64,000 nt of DNA from Desulfatiglandales bacterium (GTDB taxonomy: Bacteria; Desulfobacterota; DSM-4660; Desulfatiglandales; HGW-15): contig CAXXJJ010000004.1 in assembly GCA_963667015.2 (NCBI GenBank), positions 1,280,001 through 1,344,000 on the forward strand, in the 5' to 3' direction. Position numbers and translations under genes: made by a program. This document shows, piece after piece, positions 58,759-64,000 of the stretch. How positions within the stretch are numbered: position 1 is the first letter of the stretch; each line of letters begins with the position of its first letter. The notes beneath the pieces were generated by a model. That model saw only the letters and a program-made list of their open reading frames with translations. It searched no databases and was not told where the DNA came from.

Positions 58759-59943
58759 ATGAAACCAATAAATAAAAAATTCAGCAGGGCAGCAGTTTTA
58801 CTGCTGCTTATAGTTACCGCAGGTGCTGCATTTGCTGTCAGCACTGTACATCCAAAAGATACAGTTGCAGGATATAACCATACTGATGCAATACTGCTTG
58901 TAATATATATACTGATGGCGCTGATTTTCTCATTCCTCTGTTCTGTTGCAGAGGCAGTTCTCCTGAGTATAACACCTTCCTATATTGCGGGTCTAAAACA
59001 GGACAAACCAAAATTTGCAGCGCTGGTGAAGCGATTGAAGCAGGATAATGTTGATCAGTCCCTTGCCGCCATACTTACACTTAACACCATCGCTCATACT
59101 GTCGGGGCTATAGGGTCGGGTGCCAAGGCAACAATAGTGTTCGGCAGCGCATGGTTCGGATTGTTTTCCGCAGTGATGACATTAATGATTCTGTTTCTTT
59201 CCGAGATTATACCCAAAACACTGGGCGCAGTGTTCTGGCCCAGGCTCGTATGGGTTACCATGATATTCGTCCGCAGCCTGATTATAATCCTTTACCCCCT
59301 TATCTGGATTTCCGAAAGGTTGACACGGTTAATTGCTCAACACAAAGAGCTGCATGTGTTCAGCCGAAAGGAATTTATTGCAATGGCAAAAATAGGTGAA
59401 CAGGCGGGCCATATAAAAAAAAGGGAATCAAGGATCATTCATAACCTTTTCCGTTTTGATTCAATAAAAGCAAAGGATATCATGACGCCAAGGACGGTTA
59501 TTGTAGGCTTACAGCAGGATCTCTCGGTTGCCGAAGCACTGGATATCGAATCAATCTCTCCTTTTTCACGCCTGCTGCTCTATGGAGAAAGCCTTGACGA
59601 CATTACGGGTTTTATACTTAAAACCGACATGCTCATATCTAATACACAGGATCTGAGGGATTTAAAACTTGTGAATTTCAAACGGGATATAATGACAGTT
59701 ATTAGCGATATGCCCCTGTCAGGACTGCTTGAATTTTTTCTGGATTACAGGCAGCATATTGCCCTTGTTGTTGATGAATACGGTGGTACCAAGGGCATTG
59801 TAACGCTGGAAGATGTTGTCGAAACACTGCTTGGCATGGAAATCCTGGATGAGATGGATGAGACAGAAGATATGCAGGCAATGGCCAGAAAGCAGTGGGA
59901 AAACCGCGCAAGGGCAATAGGCCTTAAAGTAGACAATATCTGA
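58759..59943 (+). CDS. CNNM (DUF21)-CBS domain transporter-like protein
   Basis: SFLCSVAEAVLLS, ILTLNTIAHT, SEIIPKTLG, IMTPRTV, HIALVVDEYGG. Confidence 0.88.
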   Translation: MKPINKKFSRAAVLLLLIVTAGAAFAVSTVHPKDTVAGYNHTDAILLVIYILMALIFSFLCSVAEAVLLSITPSYIAGLKQDKPKFAALVKRLKQDNVDQSLAAILTLNTIAHTVGAIGSGAKATIVFGSAWFGLFSAVMTLMILFLSEIIPKTLGAVFWPRLVWVTMIFVRSLIIILYPLIWISERLTRLIAQHKELHVFSRKEFIAMAKIGEQAGHIKKRESRIIHNLFRFDSIKAKDIMTPRTVIVGLQQDLSVAEALDIESISPFSRLLLYGESLDDITGFILKTDMLISNTQDLRDLKLVNFKRDIMTVISDMPLSGLLEFFLDYRQHIALVVDEYGGTKGIVTLEDVVETLLGMEILDEMDETEDMQAMARKQWENRARAIGLKVDNI

Positions 59944-60059
59944 TAAAGGGGTAAAGCCTTTCATCTATAGTCTTGTATTTTTTTTTTTGCACCCGCATTA
60001 ACTACCTTACCCGGTATAAGGTATACTCTGTATTAAATCCTATCCAGCAGGACCTATCG

Positions 60060-60584
60060 TCAAATGTCAGTCCCCGCCTTCGTTGCTTTCGGGATTAAGC
60101 TGTTTTCCTGTAACTGAAAAGTTATCTTGTAGTTGCCTGCCGGCTGGGTTGATACAATTTTAAAGGACAAAATGTCGCCGCTGCCATTAATTTTATAGGT
60201 AACGTCAGATACTGAAACGATTGTATTTAACTGGTTCTTAACAGTGACATTGGAAATAATATTAACATTTCCATTTTTTGCATCTTCAACCCGCCAGTTT
60301 TGTTCCTGGATTGTGTTATCGCTGCAGGTCATTTCAGGGAGAATGCCGAAATCTCCGATTTTTACAGATGAGGGCATTGTGTGGAGGGATACCGGCGTAC
60401 AGGTCTGGCCGGTCGTTTGTATGACATAAGATAACAGGCTGCCGTTTTTATCCACATACCTTGTTCCTGCGTATGTCATTGATGTTTTGCCGCCGGAAAA
60501 ATTTATAATAAATTCCTGCGGTGTTACCAACACCCCATTAAACATGATTTTTTCACGATTGGCCATCAAGAACGCCCCGGACAC
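60060..60584 (-). pseudogene. probable 5'-truncated gene of a beta-rich exported protein
   Basis: GTG start without RBS, no signal peptide, Thr/Ser/Asn-rich beta-strand pattern. Confidence 0.4.
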
Positions 60585-60692
60585 AATTAATTTCTTATCG
60601 CATCTTTTAGATACATGATATAATTGTATAAAAAATGAAAATATCTGTTTTAAGGATTACATTTTTATTGCTTGTTACCGGGAGAATTAAAT

Positions 60693-61994
60693 ATGTATCA
60701 TCGAACTTTAAATATATTTATAGCAACACAGAGCCCTCAGCTTGAAACGTTTCTTCGAAATGCCCCACCAGTTGAAAGATTCTCATATCAATTTTTCGTT
60801 CATCCGGAGGTCAATGAAGCTGGCCTGAAAGGGTGCAGGGTCATAGTTCTTGATTTTGAAAACGATAAACCTGTATCTCTGGAAAAAATTCTCTCTGCTA
60901 AAGATGAACAGGCCATTGTTATAGGTTGTTTTTCAGCCGATAGCTTTCCAGCCCTGGCACAAAATTACCATCTCTTCGACCAGATCTGGGTCAAACCATT
61001 TGTTGAAGATAAGGTTATGTCTTCTTTTACCGGGATACTGAAACGCCTTAAAGAACAGGAGGATTCGGTACTTACCCAAAAATATCTGGACACGCTGATA
61101 GACAGTCTGCCCGACTTGATCTGGTTCAAGGATGCACAGGGGTCTCATTTGAAAGTCAACAATGGCTTCTGCCGGGCTGTAAATAAGACAAAGGACCAGA
61201 TTAAAGACCGGGGACATTATTACATCTGGGATCTTGAACCGGATGAATATGCCCGGGGGGAATATATCTGTCTGGAATCAGAGGAGATTGTTCTTACCAA
61301 AAAGGAGACCTGCCTTTTCGACGAAACCGTGAAATGCGGTGATGAACTCCGGAAATTCAAAACATACAAGTCACCCATCTTCGACACCGATGGCAGCGTT
61401 ATCGGCACTGTCGGATTTGCCCATGATGTGACCGACCTGCAGAACCTGATTATTGAATTGAATATCCTTATTGAGAGCCTGCCGTTTCCGGCCATAATCA
61501 CGGACAGGGGCAGAACAATTACAAGCGTCAATCAGAGATTCATTGACAATTTTGTGATAGACCGGGCAGAGGTGACAGGAAAATCTGTTGATTCTCTCCT
61601 TGATGAAACCATGACCTTCACCCGGAGTAAAAGATGGACTCTTGAGGGGGAAAAAGAAAACATCCGGCTTGTTTCTGAAAACAGCGTCCTGAAAATACAG
61701 GAAGAAAAACTTATGGATATATTCGGCATACCGGCTGGCTATATCCTGCTTTTTATGGACATCACCCTTGAGTATCAGCTGCTTGAAGAAAAAAAGAAGC
61801 TCGAAAAGGCGATTTCCGAAATAAAAAAATTAAGCTGTTTGCTCCCTATTTGCTCTTCCTGTAAAAAAATCAGAGACGACAAAGGCTACTGGACCCAGAT
61901 TGAATCCTATATCAGCCAGCACTCCGAAACACAATTCAGTCATGGAATCTGCCCTGACTGCGCTAAAAAACTCTATCCGGATCTGTATGGATAA
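60693..61994 (+). CDS. PAS-PAS sensor protein with C-terminal Cys/His zinc-binding module
   Basis: LIDSLPDLIWFKD...GTVGFAHDVT (PAS/PAC), second PAS, then LPICSSCKKIRDDKGYW...FSHGICPDC; start 60693. Confidence 0.8.
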   Translation: MYHRTLNIFIATQSPQLETFLRNAPPVERFSYQFFVHPEVNEAGLKGCRVIVLDFENDKPVSLEKILSAKDEQAIVIGCFSADSFPALAQNYHLFDQIWVKPFVEDKVMSSFTGILKRLKEQEDSVLTQKYLDTLIDSLPDLIWFKDAQGSHLKVNNGFCRAVNKTKDQIKDRGHYYIWDLEPDEYARGEYICLESEEIVLTKKETCLFDETVKCGDELRKFKTYKSPIFDTDGSVIGTVGFAHDVTDLQNLIIELNILIESLPFPAIITDRGRTITSVNQRFIDNFVIDRAEVTGKSVDSLLDETMTFTRSKRWTLEGEKENIRLVSENSVLKIQEEKLMDIFGIPAGYILLFMDITLEYQLLEEKKKLEKAISEIKKLSCLLPICSSCKKIRDDKGYWTQIESYISQHSETQFSHGICPDCAKKLYPDLYG

Positions 61995-62121
61995 GAAGTT
62001 TATCTGATGGACAGGCCCCCTCCCGGGTCTTGTGAGCAAAGAGTTATGCATTTATTGCGGTATAAATTATTCCTTACCCAAAGAATCAGGTTTCCTTCCC
62101 AATATTTTCTGAATACCATCC

Positions 62122-62931
62122 TTATATCGAAAGGCTTTTATATAATGCGTCCACATTCATATTGACAAAACCTGCGATGGGTCCTTCTTTAGGAATGTCC
62201 GAAAATTCCTTTGCTTCCATAATTTTCTTGCATGTTTCTTCCGAATTCAGGCCTTCCTTTATTGCCCCGCTTACAACTTCAACCCACAACTGTATCTTAT
62301 CCTTCATTATCTGAAAGGCGTTTTTGTCTGAGATATCTCCATGCCCTGGTATTACATAATCTACATCCAATTCACTCAATCTGTTAAGTGAGTTAATCCA
62401 CTCACCGGGGAGAGCACTGATAAAGGTTGGTATCTCCAGGTTGATATTGTCAGAAGTAAATACCACCCTTTCTTCTGGAACATAAACTGCAAGCTGTTTT
62501 GGGGTATGACCAGGTACTAAAAGAATTTTAAATGTATGATCCCCAAGATGTAATGTAGCTTCTCCTTCAACTGTGATTTCAGGCGGCTTGAAAAAGAAAC
62601 TCAGATCGGGCTTTGGTGTGCCGGGGGCCACCATTGAGAGCATATTTAAAAGCTCATCCATTTCTGCATTCTTGAGAGCAGTATAAGTATCTTCCGTTCC
62701 AATTACCGTCCCGCCTAAATAACAGCTTCCACAGTAGTGATCTATATGAGCCTCATTAATAATGACATACTTAACAGGCGCATGTGCTTCAATCTGTCTT
62801 TTCCATTCCTGTGCCTCTGCCGGCACCATTGGTGTATCAATTACAACTGCACCTTCTTTGGTCACTATAAAACTTGAGTTACAGCCCTGAAAACCCGTTT
62901 CGGTATAAATATTATCAGTGATCTTCTGCAT
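62122..62931 (-). CDS. MBL-fold metallo-hydrolase (cyclase-like)
   Basis: VVIDTP, EAHIDHYCG, PGHT, VFTSD, VIPGHG. Confidence 0.85.
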   Translation of the reverse strand: MQKITDNIYTETGFQGCNSSFIVTKEGAVVIDTPMVPAEAQEWKRQIEAHAPVKYVIINEAHIDHYCGSCYLGGTVIGTEDTYTALKNAEMDELLNMLSMVAPGTPKPDLSFFFKPPEITVEGEATLHLGDHTFKILLVPGHTPKQLAVYVPEERVVFTSDNINLEIPTFISALPGEWINSLNRLSELDVDYVIPGHGDISDKNAFQIMKDKIQLWVEVVSGAIKEGLNSEETCKKIMEAKEFSDIPKEGPIAGFVNMNVDALYKSLSI

Positions 62932-62961
62932 TTTGTGATCTCCTTTCTTATTATTTTACTA

Positions 62962-63990
62962 TTACATCTCAATCACGGTTTTAACCATATCCGGTCTTGG
63001 ATTTGCCGCGTTTTCAAAAGCCTTAATGCTGTCGCTGAATGAAAACCTGTCTGTCACCAGGGGTTTCAGATCTACCTTTCCTGAACCTGCCAGGGCCACT
63101 GCCCGCGGATACATGTGTGCATAGCGGAATATGGGTTTTATACAGGCCTCTTTGATCTGGGCAGCCACAACATCAATGGGCGCCGGATCTACAGGCATAC
63201 CGATCAGGATAACTGGCCCCCCGGGACACAGAGGAGTAAAGATGTCTGCTATAACCTTTTCATTCCCGGTGGCCTCAAAAATAACATCAACTCCCCAGCC
63301 GTCTGTTACCTCTTTTACTGTTTCCAAAACAGATTCGGATTCCGCATGAACAGTCATGATTCCATATTTTTTTGCAAGCTCAAGTTTTTCAGCCTTGATA
63401 TCGGTAATAATAACGCGACTGCACCCTGCAGAAAGTGCGCATATAGCCGTTACAAGGCCAATGGTTCCGCAGCCTAAAACCAGAGCAGTATCTCCCGGTT
63501 TGATCCCGGCTTTGGTGCAGGCATGCAGTCCAATGGCCATTGGTTCAATAAGTGCTCCCTCATCAAAACCAAGATTATCAGGAAGCTTGAAGGTAAACAT
63601 TGCAGGGTGGACCACTGTCTCCCGCAGGCAGCCATGTACCGGAGGTGTGGCCCAGAATCTGACTCCCGGATCAAGATTATATATGCCAAGCATGGTCGCC
63701 CGTGATCCGGGATCAGGGATACCCGGCTCCATGCATACCCTGTCTCCCGGTTTTAATCCCTTTACATTGGCCCCTGCCTCAATGACTGTACCGGAGGCCT
63801 CATGTCCAAGGATCATAGGCTCTTTTACAACAAAACCACCAATCTTTCCGTTTTTATAATAATGGATGTCACTGCCGCAAATCCCAACTGCTTTCATAGC
63901 GATTTTAACGTCTTCAGGTCCCATCTCTTCTTTGATGTCAATATCATCAATTGAAATCCTATTAATTTCGTGCAAGACCAGTGCTTTCAT
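62962..63990 (-). CDS. Zn-dependent polyol dehydrogenase (xylitol/sorbitol dehydrogenase family)
   Basis: [47 protein letters not shown]. Confidence 0.9.
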   Translation of the reverse strand: MKALVLHEINRISIDDIDIKEEMGPEDVKIAMKAVGICGSDIHYYKNGKIGGFVVKEPMILGHEASGTVIEAGANVKGLKPGDRVCMEPGIPDPGSRATMLGIYNLDPGVRFWATPPVHGCLRETVVHPAMFTFKLPDNLGFDEGALIEPMAIGLHACTKAGIKPGDTALVLGCGTIGLVTAICALSAGCSRVIITDIKAEKLELAKKYGIMTVHAESESVLETVKEVTDGWGVDVIFEATGNEKVIADIFTPLCPGGPVILIGMPVDPAPIDVVAAQIKEACIKPIFRYAHMYPRAVALAGSGKVDLKPLVTDRFSFSDSIKAFENAANPRPDMVKTVIEM

Positions 63991-64000
63991 ATATCCTCCT

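Noticed and set aside
1..64000. CRISPR arrays, IS elements, prophage or defence genes, rRNA, selenocysteine readthrough, and the many short antisense ORFs in the track
   Set aside because: No spaced direct repeats, transposase/integrase/phage motifs or in-frame TGA at catalytic Cys positions were seen; the antisense ORFs are shadows of well-supported genes.

Overview
Chromosomal segment of a sulfate-reducing Desulfobacterota-type bacterium (taxon inferred from the dissimilatory-type sat with Rex-like boxes, tungsten-type AOR and typical signalling proteins). At the left end, an RND adaptor gene is followed by a compact candidate nitrogen-regulatory module. It comprises a GAF-ANTAR antiterminator, a leader with a textbook dual-hexaloop ANTAR site overlapping a terminator, a stand-alone FMN/Fe-S glutamate-synthase-like gene, and a convergent degenerate KaiC-like/XRE/cupin regulator. 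6.5-37 kb is mostly core genome: rnd, trmL, dut, pnp, rpsO, truB, rbfA, infB, nusA, rimP, tRNA-Gly(CCC), corC, lnt, prfB with +1 frameshift, LysM-dprA-topA and sat. 37-64 kb is a patchwork accessory region: HU, lipoproteins, HAD/ECH fusion, aor-moaD, ABC-F with a candidate leader peptide, a SWIB protein, a putative cold/RNA-stress operon with a highly structured ~200-nt leader containing crossing helices, SPFH, CNNM, a PAS protein, an MBL hydrolase and a polyol dehydrogenase, plus several gene remnants. No integrase, transposase, CRISPR array or rRNA was seen. All calls are by eye, with no database searches.
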